A DNA stretch of 64,000 nucleotides from Candidatus Sumerlaeales bacterium (GCA_038243585.1 JBBSQY010000004.1:32001-96000); one strand, 5' to 3'; shown: positions 8,087-18,783, counted from the first letter of the stretch. Made by a program: numbers and translations. Notes: generated by a model not told the origin, from the letters alone.

Positions 8087-10332
8087 CGGTTTCAGAGTAT
8101 AAAGGCAAACCAAGATCGGATGCCAGGATGGAGACTGTCGAAGGCACGGTCGAGCGTATCCTTTATTCCAACCCGGAAACTTCCTATACGGTCGCGGCCA
8201 TTCGTCCCGCAGATGCGGCCCCCAGTTCCAAGGTGGAACACTGCATCGTTGGCAAGCTGGGAGCGCTGCAACCGCAGGAGGTGGTGCAGCTCAACGGGCA
8301 GTGGGTAACCGATAAAAAGTATGGGCGACAGTTCAAGGTCGAGTCTTACACTTCGGTGCTGCCAAGCTCTGCGGCGGCGATGGAAAAGTACCTGGGCAGC
8401 GGCCTGATTAAAGGTATCGGAAAATCGAATGCCAAAAAGATGATCGAAGCTTTTGGCGACGAGATTTTCGATGTCATTGAACATGCTCCGGAGCGGCTGT
8501 CCGAGGTGCCCAACATCGGGAAAAAGCGGGTGGAAATGATCAAGCGCGGATGGACGGAGCATCGGGCCATGCGCGAGATCATGCTGTTTTTGCAGCAGTA
8601 TAACATTCCGCAGGGGCTGGCGACGCGGGTGTTTAAGCATTATGGTGAAGACGCCATCGCGCAGATTCGGAAAAATCCTTATCAACTGGCTCTGGATGTT
8701 CGCGGGATTGGTTTCAAGTCGGCGGACGCTGTCGCGCAAAAGCTGGGAATTCCCGTGGAGTCTATCGAGCGAAGCAAGGCGGGAGTTCATTTCCAGTTGC
8801 AGGATCTGGCGGGCGACGGCCACACGTTTTTTCCGGCGGATCCGCTGATCACAAAATGCACAGAGGCTCTGGGTGTGGCGCAGGAGCTGATCGTGGAGGC
8901 GATGAATGATCTGAAATCCCAAAATCATATTGTCATGGAAGTTCTTTCAGACGGAACCCGGGCCGTCTATCTGGCGCATCTTCATCGTCACGAAACGGGC
9001 CTGGCGGAACACCTGGACCGGGTGCTTTGTACGGGAAAACTCTTTCCGAAGATGGACGGTATAAAGAACATCGCGGAGTTTGAATCGCGTCATAATTTTC
9101 GCCTTGCCGAGAATCAGAAAATTGCTGTGATGGATGCCCTGAAGGGCGGGGTGCTGGTGATCACCGGCGGGCCTGGTACCGGGAAAACCACCATCATTCG
9201 GACTATCCTGCGCATCTTGGAGGGCCACGGAGTGAGCGCGGTTTTGGCAGCTCCCACCGGACGCGCCGCCAAGCGGATGCAGGAGCTGACAAACATTCCC
9301 GCCGGGACCATCCACCGCCTGCTCCAGTATTCTCCGCAGGAGGGAAAGTATCTGCGTAACCCGCAGAACCCAATTCGCGCGGATTTCCTGATTATTGATG
9401 AATCTTCCATGATCGATGTGGGGCTGGCTCATTCGCTGTTGCGCGCCACGTCGTCCACCTCGTCGATTATATTTGTGGGAGACGTTGACCAGTTGCCGTC
9501 GGTGGGGCCGGGTAATTTCCTGATGGATATGATCCGCAGTGGGGTGGTGCCCGTGGCGCGGTTGAACGAGGTTTTTCGGCAGGCAGCGTCGAGCCTGATC
9601 ATTACGAACGCACACCGGGTCAACCAGGGGCTGCCACCATCTTTCGTCGGAGAAACGGAAGGCGGCGCAGTTCGAGATTTTTATTTTTTCGACGCGGAAA
9701 CGCCGGAAAAGGCGCTGGAAACGATCCGCGACCTGGTGCGGCAACGGATTCCGGCAAAGTTTGGTTTTAACGCCCGGGATGAGATCCAGGTGCTCAGCCC
9801 GATGCACCGCGGCGTCATCGGGACTCAGAACCTGAACAAGGAAATCCAGGCGGCGCTGAATCCCGGGACTACCGGGCTTGAGCGGAACGGCGTCATGTTT
9901 CGGGCGGGGGACAAGGTTATGCAGACATCCAATGATTACGACAAGGATGTCTATAACGGAGATATTGGCGTGATAGCGGGGATTGATCGGGAAGACCAGG
10001 TGGTGAAAGTCAATTTTGACGGACGCATCGTCAGCTATGATTTTCAGGAAATGGACAGCGTGGAACTGGCCTATTGCATAACCGTACACAAGAGCCAGGG
10101 CAGCGAATACAAGGCGGTTATCATCCCGGTCCACACAACCCAGTTTGTGATGCTTCAGAAAAATCTGCTATATACGGGCATTACGAGGGGCAAAAAGCTG
10201 GTGTGTTTGGTTGGGCAAAAGCGGGCGGTAGTGATGGCTGTGCAAAACATCAGCGCCGATCCGCGATTCAGCTCGTTGCACCTGAAACTGCAGGTCCTTC
10301 GCCGGAAGCACCATAACCCACGTTGCCTATAA
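8083..10332 (+). CDS. recD2: ATP-dependent RecD2-like DNA helicase
   Basis: YGRQF N-domain, HhH (IKGIG), Walker A GGPGTGKT, APTGRAAKR, IDESSM, GDVDQLPSVG, YCITVHKSQGSEY. Confidence 0.95.
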   Translation: MTVSEYKGKPRSDARMETVEGTVERILYSNPETSYTVAAIRPADAAPSSKVEHCIVGKLGALQPQEVVQLNGQWVTDKKYGRQFKVESYTSVLPSSAAAMEKYLGSGLIKGIGKSNAKKMIEAFGDEIFDVIEHAPERLSEVPNIGKKRVEMIKRGWTEHRAMREIMLFLQQYNIPQGLATRVFKHYGEDAIAQIRKNPYQLALDVRGIGFKSADAVAQKLGIPVESIERSKAGVHFQLQDLAGDGHTFFPADPLITKCTEALGVAQELIVEAMNDLKSQNHIVMEVLSDGTRAVYLAHLHRHETGLAEHLDRVLCTGKLFPKMDGIKNIAEFESRHNFRLAENQKIAVMDALKGGVLVITGGPGTGKTTIIRTILRILEGHGVSAVLAAPTGRAAKRMQELTNIPAGTIHRLLQYSPQEGKYLRNPQNPIRADFLIIDESSMIDVGLAHSLLRATSSTSSIIFVGDVDQLPSVGPGNFLMDMIRSGVVPVARLNEVFRQAASSLIITNAHRVNQGLPPSFVGETEGGAVRDFYFFDAETPEKALETIRDLVRQRIPAKFGFNARDEIQVLSPMHRGVIGTQNLNKEIQAALNPGTTGLERNGVMFRAGDKVMQTSNDYDKDVYNGDIGVIAGIDREDQVVKVNFDGRIVSYDFQEMDSVELAYCITVHKSQGSEYKAVIIPVHTTQFVMLQKNLLYTGITRGKKLVCLVGQKRAVVMAVQNISADPRFSSLHLKLQVLRRKHHNPRCL

Positions 10333-10364
10333 AAAAAGGGGCCGGATTAATGGATCCGGCCCCT
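10331..10364 (-). terminator. intrinsic terminator between convergent genes
   Basis: AGGGGCCGGAT/ATCCGGCCCCT stem with A7 on the left (U-tract for the minus strand). Confidence 0.8.
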
Positions 10365-10389
10365 GTAACGTTACATTGTAGGATTTAAC

Positions 10390-11001
10390 TTAATCTCTTA
10401 ATTTCAGGCCGCAGCCGTAGGATTTGGTTTTGGTAACTTCGGGTTTTTCACCCTTCAACGCTGCTGCTACTGCCAGTTCCACGTAGTTGGTCGCGGCAGC
10501 ATCTTTGCTTACGTCGGGAGTGGCGTTGTCGTTCAGCGCGCCGTCATACACGATGTTGCCGTCTTTCCCGATAACAAACATATGGGGCGTCGTTTTGGCC
10601 CCATAGGCCCGGGCGATGGTGCCCGAGGTATCGAGCAGGATAGGGTACGGCACGTTGTATTTATCATCGATAGCTTTGCTGTCCGCGGCGGTATTATAGA
10701 AATGGCTGTTGACGGCCAAATAGACCGCGCCATCGTCGGTGAGTTTTTGCGCCAATTTCTGCATTATGTTCTTTTCGTAACGGGGGACAACAAAGGGGCA
10801 GCCGTCATGGCCGGTGACTGGGCTGCCGGGGTTGGTCCATTCAAGGACTACGACTTTCCCTTTGTGGTCGGAGAGGGAGTGGATTTTTCCGTCGGAATCC
10901 TGGGCCGTGAAATCAGGGGCTTTTTTTGCGTCCTGGGCCATGGCGACACTCATAACCGAAAGGGCGCAGGCCACTGCGAGGGTATTTTTTAACGATAGCA
11001 T
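10390..11001 (-). CDS. exported redoxin (AhpC/TSA, thioredoxin-like)
   Basis: Signal peptide; APDFT..D.DGK.HSLSD.KGKVVVLEW..CPFV; AKTTPHMFVI; YGC. Confidence 0.85.
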   Translation of the reverse strand: MLSLKNTLAVACALSVMSVAMAQDAKKAPDFTAQDSDGKIHSLSDHKGKVVVLEWTNPGSPVTGHDGCPFVVPRYEKNIMQKLAQKLTDDGAVYLAVNSHFYNTAADSKAIDDKYNVPYPILLDTSGTIARAYGAKTTPHMFVIGKDGNIVYDGALNDNATPDVSKDAAATNYVELAVAAALKGEKPEVTKTKSYGCGLKLRD

Positions 11002-11044
11002 TTCTACTGATTCTCCTGAATCTTCAAATATTGTTCACCGGTGA

Positions 11045-12124
11045 TTGACATATCCTTTGATGGATCAAAGACGACAAGAGTTCCGCAAATTCGGCATCCA
11101 CCAGTTGGTATGTCGTTATGCAATTTGTGTGACAGTCTTGGCCGTTACCATTTTTGCCGCCGGACAGCCGACGGAATTCCCAGTTGTACTGGAACAGAAT
11201 CTTATCCGGGTGGAGGCCCCGGCGGGCCATGAAAAATATGCCGCCGCCGTCCTTGGCCACGCCACCGCCGCTCTGCGAAATCTCAATGCTCAAACCGGCG
11301 ACGCGCTCCTGGTTCCTGTCCGGTTCATCGTGGCCGGCACGGACGAGCAGTTTTTAGAGTTCGCCGGCGGCGAGGGGGAGCAATCTCTTGCCGTGGCCAT
11401 CGGGGATAGACAGCTGGTGGTGATCAGTATGCCGGCCATGGCGCAATCGGCCGCCGATAAAATACAGCAGGTGCTGGTGCATGAGCTGGCTCACGTTTAC
11501 CTGGATGTGAAGTGCAACGCCCCGGTGCCGCGCTGGCTGCACGAGGGGGTGGCGCAGGTGGTGGCGGGGGAGTGGCCGGATATTCCTGGCGAGGGAAGCA
11601 TGGCGATTGCGGCCTATACGGGCGGACTGATTCCCCTTCGAGAACTGGTGGAAACGTTTCCGCAGGACATCACGAACCGCAACCAGGCCTACGCTCAGTC
11701 CTATTCCGTGACTCGGTTTCTTATCCGGGAAAATCACGGAAGCTCCTTATCCCATTTTTTGAAAGCCATTCGAGGAGATTCCGGTAAACGGTACCTGAAA
11801 ACCTTGGGGGCGACGGTGGAGCTGGACGGGTTGGCGGTGCGCTGGCGCAATGAACTGAAGTCTCCGCTTTTCGCGGTGGCAACTTTGTTTACCAGTGGTT
11901 TTTTCTGGGGCGTCGCGGCGTTGCTTGTGATTGTTGGATATTTTGTAAAGCGCCGCAATTCTAAAATTATACGCCAACAGTGGTCTGAGGAAGACGCCGT
12001 CTGGGTAAATCTCGAACAGCCTACTACCTTATCTTCCGACCCTGACGATCCAGATAATTATTTTCTGGAAGGGGACGGGGATGAATGGAAAAGGAAGGCT
12101 TACGAAGAGGATGGCTTCCGCTAG
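11045..12124 (+). CDS. peptidase MA-like Zn metalloprotease, membrane anchored
   Basis: HELAH plus PRWLHEGVA, AYAQSY; C-terminal TM; start uncertain. Confidence 0.8.
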   Translation: MTYPLMDQRRQEFRKFGIHQLVCRYAICVTVLAVTIFAAGQPTEFPVVLEQNLIRVEAPAGHEKYAAAVLGHATAALRNLNAQTGDALLVPVRFIVAGTDEQFLEFAGGEGEQSLAVAIGDRQLVVISMPAMAQSAADKIQQVLVHELAHVYLDVKCNAPVPRWLHEGVAQVVAGEWPDIPGEGSMAIAAYTGGLIPLRELVETFPQDITNRNQAYAQSYSVTRFLIRENHGSSLSHFLKAIRGDSGKRYLKTLGATVELDGLAVRWRNELKSPLFAVATLFTSGFFWGVAALLVIVGYFVKRRNSKIIRQQWSEEDAVWVNLEQPTTLSSDPDDPDNYFLEGDGDEWKRKAYEEDGFR

Positions 12125-12178
12125 CCGGACCTTTCAGACGCGGCGAATGTCCTATATTATCAAACTGAGGTGAAGTTA

Positions 12179-12448
12179 ATGTGCAGAAACATCAAACCTC
12201 TGTTCAATTTTGAACCTGCGGTTACCAACGAAGAGGTGCGAGCGGCCTCTCTGCAGTTCGTTCGTAAAATAACCGGATTTAATGCGCCTTCTAAAGTAAA
12301 CGAAGCTGCGTTCTTATCAGCCGTCGACGCAATAGCTGAGGTCTCTGGTAATCTCCTTGCTATGCTTGAGTCTAATGCGCCGCCAAAAGATCGCGGGGAA
12401 GAGGGTGCAAAAGCGCAGGCCCGAAATGCCCGCAGATTTGGTGAGTGA
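12179..12448 (+). CDS. DUF2277 family protein
   Basis: MCRNIKPLFNFEP..EEVRAASLQFVRKITG. Confidence 0.85.
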   Translation: MCRNIKPLFNFEPAVTNEEVRAASLQFVRKITGFNAPSKVNEAAFLSAVDAIAEVSGNLLAMLESNAPPKDRGEEGAKAQARNARRFGE

Positions 12449-12549
12449 GAGCGGAAATGCTTATGGAGAAAAGAAATTAGGGATAAATGTCTCTGGAACC
12501 ATGCCTCGTTCGTTGTTAGTTCAACAAGACCATTGAAAAGGAAAATAGT

Positions 12550-12969
12550 ATGCAGATTAGCCCTTACCTGACCTTCAGCGGCGACTGTGAAGCCGCGTTT
12601 AAATTTTACCAGCAGAGCCTTGGCGGCGAGCTTACAATGTCTCCTTTTGGAGAAACGCCGGCGTGCGACCATGTCCCTGCCGATTGGAAAAATAAAATCA
12701 TGCACGCCAGGCTGCAGATCGGCGACACCGTGCTTATGGCTTCGGACAATCCACCGGGGATGCAGCAGCCGGCAGCTGGATTTTCTGTCTCTATGAACGT
12801 AGACACGCCGGCAGAGGCCGAGCGTATATTTGCCGCTCTCGCCGAGGGCGGTAAAATCATGATGCCCATCGAGAAGACTTTCTGGGCCGACCGCTTCGGA
12901 ATGCTGGTGGATCAGTTTGGAACTCCCTGGATGATTAACTGCGAAGGGACGGAACGGGGAAAACCGTAA
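12550..12969 (+). CDS. VOC/PhnB family protein
   Basis: PYLTFSGDCEAAFKFY, IMHARL, TFWADRFGMLVDQFGTPW. Confidence 0.9.
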   Translation: MQISPYLTFSGDCEAAFKFYQQSLGGELTMSPFGETPACDHVPADWKNKIMHARLQIGDTVLMASDNPPGMQQPAAGFSVSMNVDTPAEAERIFAALAEGGKIMMPIEKTFWADRFGMLVDQFGTPWMINCEGTERGKP

Positions 12970-13008
12970 TCACCTGCAAAACAACTACCTGGATATTAAG
13001 GAAATTTT

Positions 13009-13368
13009 ATGAAATACGTCGACGGATACGTGCTGCCTGTACCGATTAAAAACCTGGATAAGTATCGAGCAATTGCCGAAAAGGCCGGTAAAATATGGAT
13101 TGAACACGGCGCCCTGGAATACCGGGAATGCGTCGGTGATGATCTCAACATAGAACACATGGTGCCGTTTTCAAGCGCGGTAAAAGTGGAAGAGGGCGAG
13201 ACGGTTATTTTTGCTTATATCGTATTTGAGTCGCGAGAGCAGCGGGACGCTATTAATGCAAAGGTGATGAAGGACCCACGACTGACCGAGAGCTGTGATC
13301 CGGAAAACATGCCGTTCGACTGCAAACGGATGGTTTCTGGCGGGTTCAAAAGCATCGTGGATTTATAG
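13009..13368 (+). CDS. DUF1428 (YbaA-like) protein
   Basis: YVDGYVLPVP, HGALEYREC, MPFDCKRMVSGGF. Confidence 0.9.
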   Translation: MKYVDGYVLPVPIKNLDKYRAIAEKAGKIWIEHGALEYRECVGDDLNIEHMVPFSSAVKVEEGETVIFAYIVFESREQRDAINAKVMKDPRLTESCDPENMPFDCKRMVSGGFKSIVDL

Positions 13369-13465
13369 CCTCTAAGCGAAGTCATTGATTCGTGTTGGAC
13401 TTGAGGGTACGGTACGGGACTGGCTGCTAACTGTAGTCACTCCAGGGTGGGACAGATAGGAATGT

Positions 13466-14587
13466 CTATACTGCCTCGCAGGGTTCGTCCCCAAAAGACG
13501 TTCCAATGGCTCGGGCACCGACTACATAAGGATGATCAATCGGGACCGTGCGCAGGGTTTTGATACAGTCTGCCAGGGGCACTGAGACAAAGTTGCCGCA
13601 TTGATAGCTGGCCATTTGACCCCACTGCCCGTGGTGCGCGAGTTCTGCGGCGGTGTGGCCAAAGCCGGTTGAAAGGAGACGATCCTGGGCACTGGGAGTG
13701 CCGCCGCGCTGAATGTGTCCCAAGACAGTCGCCCGCGCTTCCACGCCGGTGGCGGCTTCGATATCGTCTGCAAGGCGCATCGCGATGCCGCCAAGGCGTA
13801 TTGGATCAGCGCTGCTTGCTATCACTTTGCTGACGGTGAGACCTCCGCCCAACGGTTTTGCACCTTCTGCTACGGCAACAATGCTGAATCGTTTTCCCAC
13901 CAGTGACCGGGCTTTAATCATCTGGCAGATGGATTCCATGCGAAACGGAATTTCAGGGATGAGAATGATATCGGATCCACTGGCGACGCCGGCATAAAGA
14001 GTGAGCCATCCGGCGTAACGACCCATTACTTCCACCACCATTGCACGGTGGTGACTCATGGCCGTGGAGTGAATCCGGTCAATGCATTCCGTCGCAGTCT
14101 GCACAGCGGTATTGAAACCAAAAGTGACATCTGTGGCAGCAAGATCGTTATCAATGGTTTTTGGGATGCCGATGCACTTAAGACCTTTTTCGACTATCAG
14201 GCGGTTAGCCATGGTCATGGAACCGTCGCCGCCAATGACGATTAAACCTTCGATATCGAGCTCTTTCAGGACCTGAACCACCACGTCGGAATGATCGGTC
14301 GACGGCTCTCCGCCGGGCAGGTGGCTGGTGGGGCTCCACATGAAGGGGTTGTCGCGGTTGCTGGATCCGAGAATGGTGCCGCCGTTGGTGAGAATGCCGG
14401 ATAAATCGCAGCTGGTGAGGCGGCGCCAGCGTCGCTCAAGAATTCCAAGGAAGCCGTCTTCAAAGCCGATAAATTCGTGGCCATGGCCCATCAAAGTCTT
14501 GCCTACGGCCCGCAGGACCGCGTTGAGGCCGGGACAGTCTCCTCCGGCGGTCAGGATTCCAAATCGGCGTTTGTCGGGGCTGGTCAT
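13466..14587 (-). CDS. pfkA: 6-phosphofructokinase
   Basis: GGDCPGLNA, GGTILGSS, GGDGS, PKTIDND, EVMGRYAG, LGHIQRGG. Confidence 0.92.
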   Translation of the reverse strand: MTSPDKRRFGILTAGGDCPGLNAVLRAVGKTLMGHGHEFIGFEDGFLGILERRWRRLTSCDLSGILTNGGTILGSSNRDNPFMWSPTSHLPGGEPSTDHSDVVVQVLKELDIEGLIVIGGDGSMTMANRLIVEKGLKCIGIPKTIDNDLAATDVTFGFNTAVQTATECIDRIHSTAMSHHRAMVVEVMGRYAGWLTLYAGVASGSDIILIPEIPFRMESICQMIKARSLVGKRFSIVAVAEGAKPLGGGLTVSKVIASSADPIRLGGIAMRLADDIEAATGVEARATVLGHIQRGGTPSAQDRLLSTGFGHTAAELAHHGQWGQMASYQCGNFVSVPLADCIKTLRTVPIDHPYVVGARAIGTSFGDEPCEAV

Positions 14588-14625
14588 AGCGAGTGAACTT
14601 TCTGGATCATAAATTCGGTACCGAT

Positions 14626-17600
14626 TTAAGGATTAAGTCCGGAGACTCTGCTGCGGGCTGCCGCTTTACCTGCTTCGAGGGCGTCATTTAATTTCTCAGG
14701 ATCTTTTATGCCGGCCTGGGCCATTTCCGGTTTGCCGCCGCCGCTGCCTCCGGCCGCCTGGGCGGCCGCTTTGATGATTTCTCCGGCTGACAAACCACGG
14801 GTGGCTACGTCTTTGCTTGCACCGGCGATCAAGGCTGCTTTGCCGTCGCTTACCGAGCCAATAAGGGCGAAGAGATTTTCCGGCTGACGTGACTTCATGG
14901 CGTCGTAGGCGTCTCGCAGGCCTTTGGCATCGAGGTTTTTAAACTGATGAACGACTATTTTTATGCCGTTGATGACCTCCGCTTTTGCAAGCACGTCAGC
15001 GGCGTCGGCTCCGCTGGCGGCGGCTTGGAATTTGGCCAGATCCCGCTTGGCAGCTTTCAGTTCTTCCTGCAGCGCTGCGACCCTTTCGCTAATCATGGCG
15101 CGGGGCACTTTAAAGTCCTCCGACAACGTCTTCAGCATGGCGCGCTCCAGCTGAATCATGTCGATGGCGGCGCGGCCGGTGACCGCTTCAATGCGCCTGA
15201 CGCCGGATGATACCGCGCTTTCGGAGATGATGAAAAACGGTCCAGCTTCACCGGTGGAAAGCAGATGAGTTCCACCGCAGAATTCGATGTCCCACTCGGG
15301 CACGTCGACGACGCGAACCCGCTGGCCATATTTCTCGCCAAAAGGAGCGATGATTCCGGGCAACTGGCGAGCTTCTTCAAGCGCCATCGTTTCGATCTCC
15401 AGGGGAGCGTCCGCCATTATCTGTTCGTTGACCAGACGCTCAATTTCTCCCAGCATTTCGCTTCCGAGAGCCTTGGCGTTTGTGAAGTCAAAACGAAGGT
15501 AGTCGGGGCCGACATAGGATCCCTGTTGCGTGGCGTGGGTTCCGATAACCCGCTTGAGTGCGCCCTGCATCAGGTGGGTGGCGGTATGGTTCCGCATAAT
15601 ATCGATACGGCGTTCCACATCAATGCCGGCGTCGAGTACGCTCTCACGGCTCAAGTTTCCGTTTTCGATGGTGCCAAAGTGAACGTAGACATTCTCCGGA
15701 CTCTTCTGTACATCGTAAACTCGAATCCTGCAGTTGCCGGACGTGAGCCAACCGGTATCGGCGACTTGCCCACCGGATTCTGCGTAAAACGGCGTCTGAT
15801 CCAGAACGAGCGCAACGTCATCACCGGTGGATGCGGTCTCAACGGGTTCGCCGTCTTTAAAGAGGCCCCAGATAAGGACATTCGGAACGGTGGCGACGGG
15901 GTAGGCACCGGAGAAGAAATCGTCATCTTCCATGGCCGCGAACACTTCATCTTCCGATGGGAAGTCTTCCGGATCGGCATAGGAATCCGACTCGTCCTCT
16001 TCATCATCATCGTCAGAATTTAGAGGGTTTTCAGAGTTTGCAGCGCTAAACAAATCTGTCAGGCCATTTTGGAAATTCTGAAATTCCTTGGTCTTGAACA
16101 GGGTTTCCATGTCGTGGATGTTGCTGGTTTCGCCGATGTCATCGTCATCATCTTCCAAGGCAAGGGGGTCGAAATCCTCATCGCTCTGCTGCTCCAGCAT
16201 ATTCTGGAGCATCTCCATGGTGTTCGGTCCGTTCTCTTCCGGGTAACCCAGAAAGGCGGTTGGGCCGCTTCGCTCTACAATCTGCTTCAGATACTCAGAA
16301 AGGTCACCAAGCCTGGTGCCTTTGCCGCCCTGACGGCTGATGGACTGGTGCTGGGAGACATGCTTGCGATAGCCTTCCATGTCGATGCTGAAGCCGCGTT
16401 CTGCGGCGATTTCCATAATATCATCGTATGGAAGGCCATAGGTGGCTGTTAGCTGGAAAACATCGTCGCCAGACAGGTGAGGGGTGGCGGTGCCTGCGCC
16501 CGAAAGCAGAGCTTCGAGTCGCGACAGACCAGCGCCGAGCGTTTGCACGTATGCGAGCTCTTCTGTGCGCACCACCTTTTTAATGTGGTCAGTATGCTGG
16601 GTAATTTCCGGATAGGTTTTGCCCATTGCTTCAATGATTGTATCCACCAGGTGTTCCATGAAGGGCTGTTCCTGACCGACGCGTCGCGCAAACCGAGCCG
16701 CGCGTCGGAGTAGGCGACGCAATACGTAGCCGCGGCCTTCGTTGCCGGGCATAATACCTTCGCTGAGGACGAACGTAAGGGCGCGCATATGGTCCGACAC
16801 GACATTAACGGCCTGCTGAACTTCCAGGGGAGCTTTGTGGTAATCGCCGACGCCCATGAGCTGAGCGGCGCGTTCCACGATGGGCAGCATCAAATCCGTC
16901 GTATATAAATTTTCTTTTTCCTGCACCAGACAGCAGATGCGCTCGAAACCTAAACCGGTGTCGACGCCGCGATTTTTCAGGGGCGGCCGGCTGCCGTCTT
17001 TCTGCTGGTCAAACTGTGGAAATACACAGTTGTAAAATTCCAGGTAGCGACTTCCAGGATCGTCGTCGTTAGTGGTGGCGTGTTGAAACGTGAGTCCGGC
17101 GCCATATTTTTCGCCGCGGTCATAATATAATTCGCTGCATGGGCCGCAGGCTCCGGTATCGCCCGCGGGTCCCCAAAAGTTATCCCGTGCCCCCAGACGC
17201 ACCATGCGTTCTTCGGGCAAACCGATTTCTTTGGTCCAGATATCCCAGGCCTCATCGTCGTCTTCAAACACGCTGGCATAGATCCGGGTTGGGTCCAGCT
17301 TGACCACCTGGGTTGAAAACTCCCAGGCCCATAGCAGGGCTTCCCGCTTGAAGTAGTCGCCAAAGGAGAAGTTGCCGAGCATTTCGAAGAACGTATGGTG
17401 GCGCAGGGTGCGCCCGACGTTTTCAAGATCGCTGCCTTTGCCGCCGGCCCGAAGGCACTTCTGCACGCTGCAGGCGCGGGTGTAGGGCAGCTGACCGCTC
17501 TCAGCATAAAGGGATTTAAACTGGACCATGCCGGCCGTGGTAAAGAGCAGGCTGGGATCATCCGGAGGCACTACCGGGGATGATGCTACAATTTTGTGTC

Positions 17601-17652
17601 CGCGCTCGGCGAAGAAATCGAGGAACGATTGGCGTATCTCATGGGCTTTCAT
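14626..17652 (-). CDS. alaS: alanine--tRNA ligase with large acidic insertion
   Basis: LLFTTAGMVQFK, HHTFFEMLGNFSFGDYFK, TPFYAESGGQ, HTATH, EFCGGTH, GGGKPEMAQAG; start reassigned to MKAHEIR. Confidence 0.97.
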   Translation of the reverse strand: MKAHEIRQSFLDFFAERGHKIVASSPVVPPDDPSLLFTTAGMVQFKSLYAESGQLPYTRACSVQKCLRAGGKGSDLENVGRTLRHHTFFEMLGNFSFGDYFKREALLWAWEFSTQVVKLDPTRIYASVFEDDDEAWDIWTKEIGLPEERMVRLGARDNFWGPAGDTGACGPCSELYYDRGEKYGAGLTFQHATTNDDDPGSRYLEFYNCVFPQFDQQKDGSRPPLKNRGVDTGLGFERICCLVQEKENLYTTDLMLPIVERAAQLMGVGDYHKAPLEVQQAVNVVSDHMRALTFVLSEGIMPGNEGRGYVLRRLLRRAARFARRVGQEQPFMEHLVDTIIEAMGKTYPEITQHTDHIKKVVRTEELAYVQTLGAGLSRLEALLSGAGTATPHLSGDDVFQLTATYGLPYDDIMEIAAERGFSIDMEGYRKHVSQHQSISRQGGKGTRLGDLSEYLKQIVERSGPTAFLGYPEENGPNTMEMLQNMLEQQSDEDFDPLALEDDDDDIGETSNIHDMETLFKTKEFQNFQNGLTDLFSAANSENPLNSDDDDEEDESDSYADPEDFPSEDEVFAAMEDDDFFSGAYPVATVPNVLIWGLFKDGEPVETASTGDDVALVLDQTPFYAESGGQVADTGWLTSGNCRIRVYDVQKSPENVYVHFGTIENGNLSRESVLDAGIDVERRIDIMRNHTATHLMQGALKRVIGTHATQQGSYVGPDYLRFDFTNAKALGSEMLGEIERLVNEQIMADAPLEIETMALEEARQLPGIIAPFGEKYGQRVRVVDVPEWDIEFCGGTHLLSTGEAGPFFIISESAVSSGVRRIEAVTGRAAIDMIQLERAMLKTLSEDFKVPRAMISERVAALQEELKAAKRDLAKFQAAASGADAADVLAKAEVINGIKIVVHQFKNLDAKGLRDAYDAMKSRQPENLFALIGSVSDGKAALIAGASKDVATRGLSAGEIIKAAAQAAGGSGGGKPEMAQAGIKDPEKLNDALEAGKAAARSRVSGLNP

Positions 17653-17814
17653 ATCACCGGTTCTGACACAGTGGTTTCTGCTTTCTTCATGGCTTTTGTA
17701 GTAGAACAGGCGGGAGGCTCTCTTTTTCCGGTCCTGCCACCGCACTCCAAAACTCCTCGTCTATGTCCGCTCACAATTTTTCGCTGCTACTGCGATTTTG
17801 CAAAGAACCAGATT

Positions 17815-18624
17815 TTACCCGTTCATATCCCGTCGGATGAAAACCCAATATGCCGTTCCCAGGAAAACGGCAGAGCTCAACAGGCTGGTGGCCAGGAGCA
17901 GGTGCATGTTTTCCTGGTTCCAGCTTTCGGGGATTCCGATGGCGATGCTGTTTCCTATGCCGATGGCTTTGTCATAGTAGCTGCTGAAGATGTAATCGCC
18001 GAGGTCGACATCGCCGAACCGCACGAATACCTGGATAGGCAGCAGGCAGAATATGAGGCCAACGGCGACGCCGATGGCGGTGGCCACGCTGCGGGAGAGC
18101 ACGCTTACGAGGAGGGCAAAACACACGGTGGCTGCGTGGGGTATGTAGGTAAGGCCGAAGGCGATGGCGAATATCCAAAGCTGGCCTCCAAGGCCCGGCA
18201 GGTCCATGCCTTCGTCAAACTTCGTCGTAAGAGGGTAGCCGGCGGCTATGGGCAGTGCTACTGCCAAGTTCGCCAGAAACATAAGCAGGAGGTAGAGCAG
18301 GCCGGTGATCAGCTTCGCGTGTAGAAACTGAGACCGGCGTATGGGGTGCGGCAGGATCATGCGCAGGCTTCCGCGGCTGGTTTCCGATGCGAGCAACGTG
18401 GCCGCAAACACAGTCGAGAAGATGGGTATGATCGCGGTCGAGGCCAGGTTCAGGTTGTAGCTCAGATAGACGCGCGAGCTAAGTTCACCGGGCGTGGCCA
18501 TACGCTCAACCGTCTGTTTCGCCAGGACGGCGATAATCGCGCTGAACGCCAGCCCCATCCAGGGCAGCTTCAGGCGGACGGCTTTCATAAGTTCCGCGGA
18601 TATTAGTCGTGTGATGGCGCCCAT
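17815..18624 (-). CDS. ABC-2 type transporter permease
   Basis: About 6 TM; ASETSRGSLRMIL..PIRRSQFLHAK; C-terminal F.RRD. Confidence 0.8.
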   Translation of the reverse strand: MGAITRLISAELMKAVRLKLPWMGLAFSAIIAVLAKQTVERMATPGELSSRVYLSYNLNLASTAIIPIFSTVFAATLLASETSRGSLRMILPHPIRRSQFLHAKLITGLLYLLLMFLANLAVALPIAAGYPLTTKFDEGMDLPGLGGQLWIFAIAFGLTYIPHAATVCFALLVSVLSRSVATAIGVAVGLIFCLLPIQVFVRFGDVDLGDYIFSSYYDKAIGIGNSIAIGIPESWNQENMHLLLATSLLSSAVFLGTAYWVFIRRDMNG

Positions 18625-18783
18625 GCTTATACTGGGAGAACCTCATGGTGTAGTGGCATCAATGTAAAGACTGAAATCAGAAGGCACGACAAAGAAACAA
18701 AAATCCGCTTCGACGGCAACAACAATTCGCAGCAATTAATGTTGATAGCATCTGGAGGGCTGATGTTCATGGATTCAGAAACA

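Noticed and set aside
8092..10134. Long minus-strand ORFs (278 and 395 aa)
   Set aside because: Antisense shadows of recD2, expected with this codon bias
15904..16242. alaS insertion as an intein or intron
   Set aside because: No C/S start, no HN-C/S/T end, no endonuclease motifs; open low-complexity acidic frame
17653..17814. T-box upstream of alaS
   Set aside because: No GGTGGNACC motif or terminator
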